IMG/VR virus record: IMGVR_UViG_3300050821_002957
Location: 248,001-312,000 of that record
Length of the DNA stretch: 64,000 nucleotides
Strand: one strand, 5' to 3'
Part shown: positions 11,773 through 25,104 of the stretch, piece by piece
Position numbering within the stretch: position 1 is the first letter of the stretch
Layout of the letters: each line of letters begins with the position of its first letter
Notes under the pieces: model-generated
The model's database searches: none
The model's input: only the letters and a program-made list of their open reading frames with translations
Told to the model about the DNA's origin: nothing
Position numbers and translations under genes: made by a program

Positions 11773-13308
11773 CTACTTCAGAACGTGGAAAGGATTGTGG
11801 TGTGGTTGTTCGCCGCCCGGTTTCGGATGATTAATGCGAATGATACCGTCAGGATCTACCTTGTTTGCGAATTTACCAGCAGCATCGTTGGTTACGCCTT
11901 TGAGACGAAGACCCGAAACGACTCCGCTGTGTTCATCATGGCCGTGACCGTTGGTGTGCTTGATGCCCAATTGTTGATGACGGTCGAATGTATTATCGTC
12001 TTCGTCACCGTTTGCAATTGGATAACGATGGCCGCTCGATACATCTTCTACGTGTGTCGGATGAGGAGTATCCTTACCACGGTGGTGAACCATTGCGACG
12101 ACGTGACCATTCTTCAATGCATGAACAACGTCTTTATCGTTGCTTTCGGAGTGGCCTGTACCAGTATGAGACAAACTCAAATGGTAATTTTCTGGTTTGT
12201 TCGGATTGTGAAGACGGCCCGGAATTTTGGTATAATCATAAAATTGCGAACCATGATGACGCTCGAAAAATTTCTTCGGCATCAAGTGTTCGTAAGGGAT
12301 GTCAGACGTAACATTTAGACGCACACCGGATTGGTGAGGATTTGGCGTAACTTTGTCGATCTTTCCGCCATGCTCTTTAATGTGGGCTTGTGCTTCTTGT
12401 TTGGTGTTAAACTGGTGTTCGCCAACATGATGAGTCTTTACGTTCGCAGCTTCTTTTTCGTTGCGTGAAATTTCGTGGGACAACAAACGTGCGGCATGTT
12501 CAGGATGCTCATGGACGTAATGTGTACGCAGAACCTTTGCTCGTAATGCTGCTTCAGGATATTGACGATTTCCACCAGCAGTCAGGCCGAGACAATTCTT
12601 GCGGCATTCACCAGACGCCTTCGGGCATAGATCGTGCTTGTATCCAGAGTGTGTGCTTGGAGCCATTGCGAGACCAACTGTCTTTACGCCAGCACCGCTG
12701 CTCTTACGAGTCTTGCCATTTTCACCCATCAAATTTGCTTGACCGTTCTTTGCGTGACCACCACGTTCGTGCATGAATTGACGGAAATGCTTTTGTGCTT
12801 CTTTGGCCTTTTGTTCGGTGACCTTTGGGTGTTCGCCTTCTGGAAATGCAGCATGGAAGCCTGCCTTCATATGCTGGAATGGATTGCCGCCTTGCTTGTC
12901 CAGCGCTTCACGACCCTTTGCCTGAATGTCTTTGACCGGAAATGCATCTTCCGTCATAGAACTTTTCTGCGATTTTCCTGGTTTGCCGGAACGAGTCATG
13001 TTCATCCAGGGCGAAGACAGGTGATGCAAGAAGTTATGAACGATAGGATAGTCGAGGAGAGTCTTCTTGGTGCCTTTCTTTTCGATGAGTATTTGCGGCT
13101 GTTCGTACAGAAATTCGATCTCTGCTTTGTCAAGTTCAAGAGTTTCATCAAGCAGGAGGGCAGCTTGGGTATCGAAAGATTCTACAACTTCTTTGGTTTC
13201 GATCTTTGCTTTGTACTCTTCTGCAAGCTCTTTGTCCATTTTGATGATGTCGGTCAAAAGGTTCTTACCAAAGAACTTGGCGTAATTTTTTTCGGTTAGG
13301 TCGGCCAT
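11773..13308 (-). CDS. GP88-family protein with long N-terminal extension (late)
   Basis: LCPKASGECRKNCL, VRLNVTSDI, FYDYTK, NYHLSLS, NGDEDD, VVSGLRLKG; His-rich; TAAATA upstream. Confidence 0.72.
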   Translation of the reverse strand: MADLTEKNYAKFFGKNLLTDIIKMDKELAEEYKAKIETKEVVESFDTQAALLLDETLELDKAEIEFLYEQPQILIEKKGTKKTLLDYPIVHNFLHHLSSPWMNMTRSGKPGKSQKSSMTEDAFPVKDIQAKGREALDKQGGNPFQHMKAGFHAAFPEGEHPKVTEQKAKEAQKHFRQFMHERGGHAKNGQANLMGENGKTRKSSGAGVKTVGLAMAPSTHSGYKHDLCPKASGECRKNCLGLTAGGNRQYPEAALRAKVLRTHYVHEHPEHAARLLSHEISRNEKEAANVKTHHVGEHQFNTKQEAQAHIKEHGGKIDKVTPNPHQSGVRLNVTSDIPYEHLMPKKFFERHHGSQFYDYTKIPGRLHNPNKPENYHLSLSHTGTGHSESNDKDVVHALKNGHVVAMVHHRGKDTPHPTHVEDVSSGHRYPIANGDEDDNTFDRHQQLGIKHTNGHGHDEHSGVVSGLRLKGVTNDAAGKFANKVDPDGIIRINHPKPGGEQPHHNPFHVLK

Positions 13309-15792
13309 TATTATCCCTCGACCCATATTTAGCGTTATAGATACCCTTGTGGATTTGCTACCTTTTCATTCTATCTTTCACATAAACAACGAGAAGTTAC
13401 AGAATTTAGACCCGGCGACAAGGCAGAGATATCTCTTGCTTCTGGACGAAGTGCCGGAACCCAACTGGATCGAGACCGTAATCAGAGTTATTACGTTCTT
13501 GAAAAATGTACGAGAGGGTCTGTCTGAGAAGGACCCAGGCGATGCTGTAATGCTAGTCTCGAACGTAGTTGATCTAATAGATCAGGTGTTAGAAAGTCCA
13601 AATGTGGCTGGTCCAGCATTTGAGTTTGTCGAGCATAATCGACGTGCCATTGACATAATTGCTTTGGAACAGATGATGGCCGACTTGCCCGATACAACAG
13701 CGTGAGTGTCAGGTCGGGTGAATCCAAAAGAGTGTACTCGTCGCCTTCGTTCAAGTTAACTGTAAAATTCCAATCCAACCAGACATCACCAGAAGTGTTG
13801 GTTGTAATTGTCGTCGGATGGTTGTGTCCAAGGTCTGCTGAATAGATGTTTGAGACTAATAATGCTTCTTGAGTGATGCCATTCACACCAAACTCATTTT
13901 GAACATCTAATGGATGAGGAACGGCAAACTCATGGACCATGCTTTCGTTCACTCGGACCACCAGATGATCATTCGCCCATCGGATACGAATTTGATTGGT
14001 ATCTTTAGCTTCAAATACTGCTTCCATTTTTGTACCTCTCAATTGCCTCTTCGGGCGTCAACGATGTGGTGCGACACTCGACAAAGCGGTCGCAGTTTTT
14101 CATCATGACATCTTTTGGTAAGAGACGTAAATCAACATACTGCGGAGAGATGCCTTCAGGCAATACTTCGTACAATTCGTAATCGTCCATCCAACATCGA
14201 TCATCAAGACGCTGGTCACGATGTTTGCGAATTGCTTCACGCAGGCGAATAATCTCGTAGATGGCATCTTTACCCGAGAATCCTTCAAGGTCGTCATTAT
14301 CGTTCATTTTTTGAAGTCTCGAAATAAATCGATTCCTTTGCTGAATGGTGTATCAATGCCGAAAAAGGGTAGAACACAAAACCCTACCATCAAAATCCAG
14401 GCAAAGCAGAACAAAATAAAAATGATGTCTTGATTTTCGTTAAGGAATGATTTCGTTTCGTCTTCTTTGTCGGGCATGGAATTCCTCTTCCGTCTCGCAG
14501 ATGTAGTCCCGGCTGTCTATGAAACGATCCGGTCTACAGTGAACGCATCCGGCTCGACTTGAGATGTGTGTATGACAGACGCAGAAACCTTTAATATGGG
14601 AGTTCGGTGGCGGTGGGAGGGAAGTTGTTTCCGTTTTCGTAGAGCCACTCGTGGTCCACCCATACCTCTCGCACACTGATTCCCAAAGCTCTAAAAATTT
14701 CATCTTCAGTGAGGACATGGTTTTCGATTATCTTTCTACCATCAACATACATCGCAGTCCAGTCGTCCGCTTTAGCAATTATAACATCTCGTGGATCTGC
14801 TTTGGCGACTTCTTTAATGGCCTGTACTTGATGGAAAGCAGCAATGTTCTTTTGTGCTGTGCTCATGTTACCACTTTGGGCGAGGAATGTTGTCGAGGTC
14901 GATGTCGTCATCTTTCAATTCCTCTTCGGTTAACTGTAATGATTCACGTAGATTTTTGAAATAGTCTTCCATATGCTTTTCACGTTCCGGCGTCATGGCA
15001 ACATTTCCACCCCACTTGTTAATGACGCTGACCGGACGATCCCACTCAGAAGGACAGGGAATCAAACTCTTTGAGACTCGCTTGCCTTCAAAATTTGTAT
15101 AGGTAACTAGTTCGTCAGAGTGGCCGGTAAAGGCGATGCCCCACATCTTGCGAAGCTCTTGCCAATCTGGATGAACATCACAGTATTTGCATTCACCAGG
15201 AGCGTGCAACACTTTCGCATCGCAATGTGGATATTGTTCAATATGTTTCATTTAATACTATTGACCGCCATCTGAATATTGTCTCGCAATTCACGAAATA
15301 GAGACAAAGGCATTTCATCAGGCATTTCGTCACTTAATGCCCAACCACCAATGTGTTGCTCGACGATATTCATAATTTGTTCTTCGTGTTTACGACAACA
15401 TTCGTTCATTGTTCTTCGCTTTTCCAATACGCTGCCATGTGCATACGCTCTAGCAGGCGACCCAAGTCTTCGATGGTGCATTTTGCGTCATCAATCGTGT
15501 CGAGATCGATGTCCATTGGTCCAGGGATACCAAGCACATATACTGCTTCGTTTAGCCATTCAATTGACTTTAGAACTGCCTTGTATTGGCGCTTGGTAGC
15601 CTTGTAGCGCTGCTCAAAATCATGCTCATCGAGTGAGTCAAGATCCTGTTTCGCTATTTCAATTTCGTCTGTGTGTTCAATCATATTTTAGTGGTTGCAC
15701 ATGAAACAGTTACAACCATACGTATGGCCGGTCTTAGGATCGGTCGCCCTAGCGTAAATTTTTTCTTCCAAATCCTTGTGTAACATGTTTCC

Positions 15793-16836
15793 TTAGTCGT
15801 CAGACGGAGGAGGCCGAAGCTCCCCAGTCTGTTGTCCTGCACCTTCTTCTTCGGCGTCTGCTTCTTCGGTCATAAAACCAGAAGCCTTCTTGCCATATCC
15901 ACTTTCAAACGTCTTCGGTTTCTCGGACATCTTTCTGAGACGTTTAAGAACAATCGGATAGGACTGATCAAGACAGAAAGATGCAGCAACCAATTCACGC
16001 AAGTGGGCAATGCTGAAATCCTGTGTGTCCTTTGTCCAACGAGCCAAAGTTTCTTCGTTAAGACCTTCGGTCGTGCTGCCGTCTTCATTCTTTGTAGTCG
16101 TTGCAAATTTCAAGTAAGCCTTGCGAGCAACTGCCGAGGGCATTCCAACATAAATGCGTTCGTCAAAACGTGACGGTCTATTGACGATACGTGCGCCCAG
16201 TTTATCGGGGTAGTTTGTGGTAGCCAAGTATACTACATTGGCGATTTGGTTTTCACCGTCCAGCATCGAAAGGATGGCGTGCTCACCATGCTTGTCAATG
16301 ATTTCGTCGATATCTTCCAAAACCACAATGATCGGCCTGTCTGGTTCCATCCCACGTACTCTCTGGAGCATATGAGACAGTAAATCTGGATGACCGCACA
16401 GGAGAACAATACCATTCAAGCTGATCAATTCTTTCATGAGCAGGTTGATTGTTACGCTCTTTCCTGAACCCGGAGGACCCCACAGCAACACACCACGTTT
16501 ATAGACCAGACCAAATTGATTGTAACGTTCCTGACTCTGCCAAAATTTCTTCATACCAGCAAGAACTTTTACGTTAGCAGTTTCGGGAAGCTCAACAATG
16601 TTGTCTGAGATGACGGTCTGTAACTGAAGGTACGGACCCATGTCGTCTTGATCAATTTTGTAAACACCTGGATGAAGATGCGGAATGGTTTTTGCAGCCG
16701 CACGAAACTTGCCGTTCGTGCCGACTTGCCATTGCGAATAGTCCATATCAGTGTCGGTTTTCTGACTGATTTTTGACATTCTTTTTGCTATCGATGGTAC
16801 GGGACTTTCGTCCTCGTCTTCGTCGTGATCATACAT
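15793..16836 (-). CDS. AAA+ ATPase
   Basis: YKRGVLLWGPPGSGKS, VVLEDID, ATTNY, NRPSRFD. Confidence 0.9.
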   Translation of the reverse strand: MYDHDEDEDESPVPSIAKRMSKISQKTDTDMDYSQWQVGTNGKFRAAAKTIPHLHPGVYKIDQDDMGPYLQLQTVISDNIVELPETANVKVLAGMKKFWQSQERYNQFGLVYKRGVLLWGPPGSGKSVTINLLMKELISLNGIVLLCGHPDLLSHMLQRVRGMEPDRPIIVVLEDIDEIIDKHGEHAILSMLDGENQIANVVYLATTNYPDKLGARIVNRPSRFDERIYVGMPSAVARKAYLKFATTTKNEDGSTTEGLNEETLARWTKDTQDFSIAHLRELVAASFCLDQSYPIVLKRLRKMSEKPKTFESGYGKKASGFMTEEADAEEEGAGQQTGELRPPPSDD

Positions 16837-19116
16837 GCTTTATCAAGGTATCATGGATCGCCAATCTGTCAAATTTGGGATTGTCAATAGCCTGTGTTGT
16901 ATATAAACTCATGAAACAACGAGGCGTCATCAAGCCGATCATGCAGTCGAAGAAAGAAGAAGTTACAGAGTCGAAGACCACGAGCCTGCCACAACCACCT
17001 TATGCCATTTCGACCATGACCCGGCATTTTTTAGAGAACGAACTTGCATCGAACAAGATCGTCGAAGATGACCTAAACTTCATTTATGATCTGGGAAGAA
17101 GAGTGGCAGGATTTTTGAATCACGAACGACCATTGTTTTACGATCTGGCGGCTGCGGTACAGATGAAATCAGTCGAAGAGGTACGAGATGTTGCAGAAGG
17201 TAGGAAGGAGATTCTGATTGTGCTTCCAGAATTCGGGACTCGCAAGATGCAGACACACGAATTCCGAGTGGCTTTGTGGAAACGAATTGCTGAGGCTATG
17301 TTATAGCCGGTCAAAAACGGACAAACTAAGAAATTGGGGATCATTCATGTACGTCAGTCGTGGACCATAGATTTTTACGTCACCATGAACTGGACAATGG
17401 ATATGAATGTGCTGGCCCGGTGGAATACAAATCATCAGCGGCTTCCTACAAATGCACTTGTTTGGTTTAGGTCGTTGATATTCTTCACCACACTCTGGAC
17501 AGTGATCATTGTCACAATGATGCCGTTTTTGTGGCGTGATCAAATCCCACGGTTCTTCGTTTTTGAATGGTGTTACTCGCCTTCTTTTTTCAATCATAAT
17601 ACCTCGATAAAGTAGTCGTAAAGTTGACTACGTTTTTGATAGTCATGGTCATGGATCGCCGCTACAAGCTCGCCGATCTTTCCAATAAAAATTCGTTTGA
17701 ACGTCTTGTACTTTTTGAAGAAGTCATCGTCCGAAATGTTCATAATGTCGTGGAACAATACCAGGGCATCTTCTGTGTATGTAGCAAAGGCAACTCGTTT
17801 TTCAAACTGAGCATCCTTTCGGAGAGATTCTTGAATTTCTTCGTCTTCAGTGATCATTCGTGTCTTCTCTCCATCACATGTAACGGATTGCATCTTGTAA
17901 CGGCAGGCTCGGACTCTCAGCTATCGTTGCATTGTAGCTCTCTGCATTTTCATCGTACTGATGAAAGATTTCATGCAATCCACCGCCTACGTTCGCTTCT
18001 TCCGTGCCAGCCGGTGCCATTGCAAAGTAGCGTCTTCCTCGTTCGATGCAATAAGGTTTGTCTTCTGGCGAGGGATTGGCAATTAATATAAATTCTGGCA
18101 AATCCATACTGGAGCCGTCCAACATCGCCAAAATGCTGAAGACACACCCTTCCATTCGGTCGCTTTGTGGATCAGGGTGTGTCTTCCAGTAATGAATGAT
18201 CGCCCAAATTTTCTTCATCAAAGCGTGGCGTATTTCGTCCCGAGTGTACTCCCGAGGCTCCAGACGTTCAGTACCCAGTAGTTTTATGGATGGCACGTTC
18301 GAGTTCTCCTATGGCTTCACGTATTGTATCGTACCTATCTGCCGGAAGTGTCATGAGCCGATAATGAACAATTGGACGATGGAGTTCGACCAACAATGCA
18401 TTACCAGCTTTGATCAAATGATCTTTCATCAATCGAAGATTTTCTTCTTCGTCAAACGGCATCATGTTCCTCATTTGCGCTCGTGATTTCAGCATTCACA
18501 TCACGATTGATCTTTTCGACCTGGGTAATTTGTTCTCGCAAAATTCGTTCACGCAGCGTGTTCAGCTTGGCGCACAGTAGGGCCTCTTGACGTTCTTCTG
18601 TCCCTTTGGTCTTCCCACTGAGCGCTCTACCGATGACTTTAAATTCTCTGTCATCGATAGTGAGCATGAAATGCATTTGAACCCGCAAATCCGGCATACA
18701 ACTTATCCGTGAACGAGGAACGCCACGAAAAGATCGCTATTGACGCTATAAAGGGAATGGCAAATCGTGTAGCCTGAAATTGCATCTTCCCCGGCGTTGA
18801 CTTGAGCGTCAATCTGGTGAATTAAGGTTTGTCCGTCAGCCAGCGCAATTCCTACGCTCTCAATACTGACTGGATAGGCTGCTTCATCGCTGCGATAACC
18901 GATGCTTGCAATGAACTGGCCGCAGAAAAACAAAATCGAAAGGCTCTTTGCTGCTACCTTGTTCGTCACTACGTAGTCGGCTACAATTTTCGACAGTTCG
19001 GAAATCGATGCGCCCTGAAAAGACACGAAGTCTTCATGAATCTGATGTTTGACCATTTCTAGTCTCCTTAGGTGCATCTTCGCATATTCCCTAAAAGATG
19101 TCAACTAAATACCGAC

Positions 19117-19665
19117 ATGATCCCGTACTTTGAAAAATTTCCGACCATTGGCTACGACATCAACGGTTCGGGTGAAAAACAAATCGCTATTGATATCCTA
19201 GAGCGCATCAAGATTAGGGACGTTCTCAAACAGAATTGGCTCATCTTCTACAAATACGCAGTGAAGGACGGCGAGACTCCAGAAATGCTCGCCAGCAAAT
19301 TGTACGGTGATCCTCGTTACCATTGGATAATTTTGTTGGCAAATAACATCGTAGATCCGTATTATGATTGGCCGATGAGCAACGACAATCTGATTGCAAC
19401 CATCCGCAAAAAGTACGGGACGCCTCAGATGGATGGCCTAATCTACGCTTACCAAAACATCTACCATTACATTGATTCTTACGGAAATGTGATAGATTTA
19501 GAGACGTACACCAGTCTTCCGGCAAATCAAAGAACTGCCGTCACCGTATACGATTGGGAAGTTTCGCAAAATGAAGCAAAGCGGGAAATTACATTGCTCG
19601 ATCCTTCTTACGTCGAACAGATTGACACGGAAGCAGATAAGATCCTAGCACAGATACTCGTGTAA
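19117..19665 (+). CDS. Baseplate wedge subunit, T4 gp53-like
   Basis: YFEKFPTIGYD; LysM-like DGETPEMLASKLYGDPRYHWIILLANNIVDPYYDWP; NEAKREI.LL; TAAATA 5 nt upstream. Confidence 0.85.
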   Translation: MIPYFEKFPTIGYDINGSGEKQIAIDILERIKIRDVLKQNWLIFYKYAVKDGETPEMLASKLYGDPRYHWIILLANNIVDPYYDWPMSNDNLIATIRKKYGTPQMDGLIYAYQNIYHYIDSYGNVIDLETYTSLPANQRTAVTVYDWEVSQNEAKREITLLDPSYVEQIDTEADKILAQILV

Positions 19666-20266
19666 ATATATCTACCTTTATGACCCCTAGTGGTACTCGA
19701 ATGGTTCCGGCGCTTGTGGGCGAACCGGAAATAACCTTAACCCCAGCCCATCTTTCTCTTGACGATGTTTTGACCGTCGCCGGAAAGTATGAAACCGATC
19801 CTCTTTGCCTTAGCCTTGGACCACTGAAAGGTTCGACCAACAGACATGTCTTTGCTGCGCTTGTGGCGGCGCTGGACACGTCGGGAACCGTTCAGGCACT
19901 ATGGACATCCGAACCGATGTTCAGTAGCGCAGAAGCCGCCCAGGAACATGCAGAAGATGTCATTGGAACAGAACTGTGGCCGTTGCTGTTTTGTGGTGCC
20001 GAATCGAGCCTTTGACAAATCCTGATTTTCGGCTACCATGACCACATGAATCAAGACACATTCGATCAATTTGTAATTGAAATGGTCAATCTGGACGAGC
20101 CGACGTACAAAGAAATTTTAAACATCATTGAACAAGGGCGTCATAACATCGAAAAGGCACAAATCATTAGTGTGCAGAATCAATACATGGTCCGACGATT
20201 GAAAGAACTAGCTCAAGAAGAAGTTGCTGTCGAAGAGCTTTCGAGAATGTTTGACCTACCAACGTC

Positions 20267-20881
20267 TTAAGCGACCGCCGTAATCACACATTCAATACCC
20301 AACAATTTCAAAATTTTTTCTGGTGTCATCTTGGCTGCTCTGAAATATGCACCGACCCATTTAATTTGGGCATCCATCAGTTGCTTTTCTGAAAAATAGT
20401 CGCCCTTTGCAGCATTGATCCAGAATGGAACGACTCTGGTATTCTCTTCGGTATAGCTAAGGCGGGGTACACTTTGGTCGAGTGAAGGAGCATATGGATT
20501 CGTCTTGTTATGAATGTCACCATCGAGGCCCATTTGAATATCATGTTTTGCGTAATATTCAATGGCTTTTTGTACCTTGTCGATCACCCATTCTGGTGTC
20601 AATGTAACCTCAGGCAAATTCTTCTTTCGTGCTCTGGTCTTGGCATTATGAAGTAAATCTTTTGCCTTTCCCTCCAGAGTCAATCGAAGAAGGCGACGAG
20701 CTACTTTACCCTTCTCACTTTTTTCCTTCAATTCTTCAGGGGATAATTTTGCTATAGATTTGGCGTAATTGTCATTGGTACATTGGACACATTGCCTGCT
20801 TCGTTCAAAGCGCAGTGTAGTGTTGCATTTCTTACAAGGTGGTGCTTCAAATGTCTTTGTCGAGCGACGTAAACCCTTCAT
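20267..20881 (-). CDS. HNH-like endonuclease with N-terminal zinc finger (start uncertain)
   Basis: CKKC..CVQC; PSLDQ...YTEENTRVV...INAAK. Confidence 0.65.
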   Translation of the reverse strand: MKGLRRSTKTFEAPPCKKCNTTLRFERSRQCVQCTNDNYAKSIAKLSPEELKEKSEKGKVARRLLRLTLEGKAKDLLHNAKTRARKKNLPEVTLTPEWVIDKVQKAIEYYAKHDIQMGLDGDIHNKTNPYAPSLDQSVPRLSYTEENTRVVPFWINAAKGDYFSEKQLMDAQIKWVGAYFRAAKMTPEKILKLLGIECVITAVA

Positions 20882-21125
20882 GCGTACATTTAGCACGCTC
20901 GCATTTGTTGTCAACCGGATGGCCGATATGATAGAACGAACACCAAGGGCAATGGTACGGTTCTAATGTCTCTCCCGGCGACTTTACTTCCAAATTGTAC
21001 GCCGCTTTCGTTGCCTTTAAAGGCGTGTCGTATTTGATCTTCTGGCCACAAGAACGTTCTTCACCAGATGCCAAAGCAACAGCGTGGTCTTGCTCAAATT
21101 TTTCGACGATTTCCTTAGGCCACAT
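20847..21125 (-). CDS. Small zinc-binding phage protein (paralog of 38819..39055)
   Basis: C..KI.Y.T...A...Y.CPWCSFYHIGH. Confidence 0.65.
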   Translation of the reverse strand: MWPKEIVEKFEQDHAVALASGEERSCGQKIKYDTPLKATKAAYNLEVKSPGETLEPYHCPWCSFYHIGHPVDNKCERAKCTHEGFTSLDKDI

Positions 21126-24100
21126 TTCAACTAAATATTTCCACTATGACAGCTTCATTTCTCTCCATTTTGAAATCAGTCGGTAAAGATCTTGGTCACG
21201 TCGGCAGTTGGATTGACGATGGTTTAAAGATCGCACAACCAATCATCGGCGTAATTGATCCTCCGTTGGCACCAATCTTTTTGGCTGTCGAAGCTGCCCT
21301 TGGTGCAATCCCAGCAGGCACCCCGATTACTGCCGACACCGTTCAGAAGTTTGTCACAGCCTCAGCTACCACTCAGGGCGTCAAAAGTATCTGTTGCCCC
21401 GGCGCAGCTTGTCCGACTTGCGGCTGCTAATTATTTCAACGCAGTCATTGCTGCATTGATTTTGGAATTGATAGCGTCGGCTCCACAAGTACAAGAACTA
21501 TAGCCATCTTCTGCACCACACGCCATTTTGTGTGATACATAGGCACCTTCCAGGGCGACCTTTGCTCGAATGAATCAAAACTTTTGAGACCGGCGCTGGC
21601 AACAAACTATCAGCAGTAGGTTTTGTTTCTCTCATTGCCCAGAACTGTGTATCGTAGACACGAGCGAACAGCGGTAACGGCGGTGTTAGATTACGGAGAA
21701 CCACTTCGGTCGGCAGGATGATTTGCTCAAAGCGCATCCGAAGAAAATCCATCGGCGGTGCGGCGTAAATTTCGTAGAGCTTCATTTCTTGATCGCCGCT
21801 TTCTTCTTTTTCATCTTTGTTCCGGCCATGCACAAACCAACTGTGATTCCAAACCAGACGTTCATGATTGCAATCTGGCCCACTGTATAGGTGGTAGCAT
21901 TCAGCATTGGTTCGACCTTATCGTTGATCCGAGAGTCTTCCATTAAATTTAATCGTTCGAGAATGTCTTTTACTATGTCGGCTCCGGTCGGCTGCGCCAT
22001 GTACATGATCTTTGGTCCGAGAAATTCGTAAAGACGTTTGCGGTCTTCGGGCGGCAAAGAGTCGGCTCCGATCAAATCGTAAGCGTCTGCAAATTCTGGC
22101 TTCATGATGAAGTCAAGAACTTTTTTGAAGTATAATTGGCCTTCTTCAGGCGTTCCATCAAACATTGGCATTATGCAGCCTTCTTTCCGAGAATTGCAAT
22201 GATTGCCCACTTCTCAAGTTCTTTTTTCGGCCAACGAGCAGCAGGCCACGGATCACCAAGAGAAACCCATTCCCCGGCGTGCATCACAAAGGCCCAGGTG
22301 TAGCAAATGCCTTTACCATACCAGCGGCGGTCGAAAGAGAATTCCATGTTAGTTCTGTCCTTTCGTCTGGACTCGAACCCAGGCAGTTGCTTTCTCTGTG
22401 CGCCAATAGCAGCCGTAGGCCATGAAGCGAATACGATTTCCTGTCATGCTTGCAAGGCCCTCGATCTTGGCGGCGACCGGCTTGCGTGCGTGATTGTCGA
22501 ACATAATCACATCACCGACCTGAACGTCTGAGGCGGCTTTGTAATCGCTGTTGCTTTCGTTCAGAGGCAGGGTGCTCATTTAGTTGACTCCCAACCAGAG
22601 TAAAAATATATGATACAACCGAACAATCTTATCTTCACGTTCACGACGCCGAATCAGTATTGAACGTCGGTGACCAGCTTCAATGTGAGACTGTGTTATG
22701 CCCATGAATCAATAATAGCAAAACGGACACGCCAAGTCAAGTAGCTACATCTTTTTTCTTCGGGCCTTTTTTGCGGCTCTTTTGTCGGCTCGGATCTTCT
22801 CAACTTCAGCCATTACAGCACGTTCGTAGGCGGCGGCGATGTCAAGCTGAAAGACCTTGCGACGGCCCTTGAGACGAAGCGCCAGCCATGTAGGATGGAT
22901 CGTGACGGCAATTTGACGAGACTTGCTACCTTCTCGAAAAGTGCTGTACGTCAATCGAGTTGTAGGCTTGTTGGCCTTGGTCATTTTATGCGGTCGCTTC
23001 CTTCAGACTTTTTTCGGTCATGTTCATCTGTTGGATCAAATGATTTGTGATGGCGGCTTGATCGGGACCTTCACCAGTGAATTCAAACTGGACGTTCGGC
23101 TGTGAAGCAAAATATACAGAAACCTGATTCACCTTGACACTAGCAAACTTCTCGAATACTTTGAGGATCTTGCGGACCCCGGCTTCTTCATACGGAGCAG
23201 AGAAAACAACGGATTTAAGCATGGGTCCAGCGTAACATGAATCCCAAACTTGTCAATCATTTGGGATGTAGATCGTAAAAACTGGAATTGGACATTGCTT
23301 CATGCGTCTGTCGTATTCTTCACACGGCAATTCTTCTTTGCAGGTCGGACATGCTTGGACGTGCTCACGCATGAACATGTAAAAATCGTCAAGTTCCATT
23401 TTCTCCCTAAACAAACTTTGCGTAGCTGTCACACGATCTATCAATGTGCCACTTTAGAGCCTCAAGAACGGCAGCATCTTCAGAAGAAACTTCATTCGGA
23501 TCACCACCGGCATAGATGACATCGTGCTCTACGGCAATGTTGCGGTCGTACTTCATCAAAATTGTAAGACCGGCGATCACTCTCTCGATGGTGCTCATGT
23601 TTTCCAATTTTTCCATGTGTCTAGTCCTTTTTAAAAAATGAGTGCGAACGACGGACACCACTCTACCGTCCGCACCCTCGCATGTTACTGCGATGTCTTT
23701 GTAGTCATCACAATGATTTCCATTGCATCACTCATTGTGAAGGTGCCGGGAAGAAGCACGCCATTACTGATGATACGCCATGCCTGAAGACCTTCGTCGA
23801 AGACAATGTTATCGGGCAGGCGTTGATTGGAGCGACCAACAAAATCAAACATCATCGGTAACGTCCTGTCTTGCGGAGCCATTCGTCACGTTCTGCTTTG
23901 CGTTGGCGCTGAAGAACCGTAGTCGCCATCGGAGCGCAGCGACAGACAGCGAATGCCATGAGTGCGATGATGAACCACGCAGCCAAATGACCCCAGTGGG
24001 AATTGTACGCTGAGAGAATAATGGCAATGAAAGATACAAATACTACGGCAAGTGATCCGTAGTTGATGATGGTCAGAAACCAGAAATAAAAATCCTGGTC

Positions 24101-24198
24101 ACGAAGACGATTGCCGGGTAGGGTCGGTCCCATATAGTTGTCGATGTCCATTTCAAATTGGAAGGGTGAGGCGTTGTTGCGGCCCCACCCAATTTGAT

Positions 24199-25104
24199 TT
24201 ACGCTTCGACTTCGACTTCGTAGACAGCGAGGAACAGTTCGTTCAGTTCGTCGCTGTCGATGACTCCCGCACGATAATCCTTCAGGCCGAACAGGAACTT
24301 CTGAGCAGGACCCGCAGGCGTATTCTCGATGGTCTCGTCGATCCACTTCTTCACGTCGGCGTCGGTGCGCTTGATCGGCCCGGACACAGCAGCGCCAATT
24401 GCAGAAGCAGCCTTGGCGATACCTGAAGCGGTTGCACGACCATTCGGAGAATCGGCCTTCGCTTTGGCAATGACGGCCTTACGATCCTTGGTGGCGATCT
24501 TGGCGACAGTGTGAACAGCATCGAACTTCATGCCACCAGTAGCGAGTTCTTTCTGCGAATCCACGTCGAGTTCGAGTACCTTGCGACGGTTGCTGATGAA
24601 AGACGCAGGCTTGCCGAGTTTCTTGGCAATTTGAGCATCGGTCAGTCCGCACGGCTCGACCACCTGGAGGAACAGAACGTAATCGGTGTCGGTCAGATCC
24701 TTGCGAGTGGCGTTTTCGATGAAGCTGGCGAAGAGCGCTTCGGCTTCGTTCATCGGCTGGAACATCGCATCGAGCAAAAACGGATTGTCGGGACCGTAGG
24801 CAATCTCGGTCTCTGTGCCGGTTGCCAGATCCAGACGCCATCCCTTCAGCTTCTTCTTGTTGATGATGTCGGCGGCGAGAATACGAGTGTGGCCGGTGAC
24901 AGGGACGGCCTTCTCACCATCGCCACGACGCACGGTAATGGGCACCTTCTGTCCACCAGCGAGAAGACTCTGAACCATGTCTTCAATCTGTTCGTCGGTG
25001 CGAGTGACACGTCCGGTGTACTTGGCGAAGTTCTTCTTTAGATCGGCGGGTAAGAAGCGGGGAGCGTCCTTCTTTCCGTAAGTTTCGGTTGAGAATTTGA
25101 TCAT
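24199..25104 (-). CDS. ParB-like protein with HTH
   Basis: GQKVPITV, VTGHTR..A, IEN..RKDL, AQIAKKLGKPASFIS. Confidence 0.75.
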   Translation of the reverse strand: MIKFSTETYGKKDAPRFLPADLKKNFAKYTGRVTRTDEQIEDMVQSLLAGGQKVPITVRRGDGEKAVPVTGHTRILAADIINKKKLKGWRLDLATGTETEIAYGPDNPFLLDAMFQPMNEAEALFASFIENATRKDLTDTDYVLFLQVVEPCGLTDAQIAKKLGKPASFISNRRKVLELDVDSQKELATGGMKFDAVHTVAKIATKDRKAVIAKAKADSPNGRATASGIAKAASAIGAAVSGPIKRTDADVKKWIDETIENTPAGPAQKFLFGLKDYRAGVIDSDELNELFLAVYEVEVEA

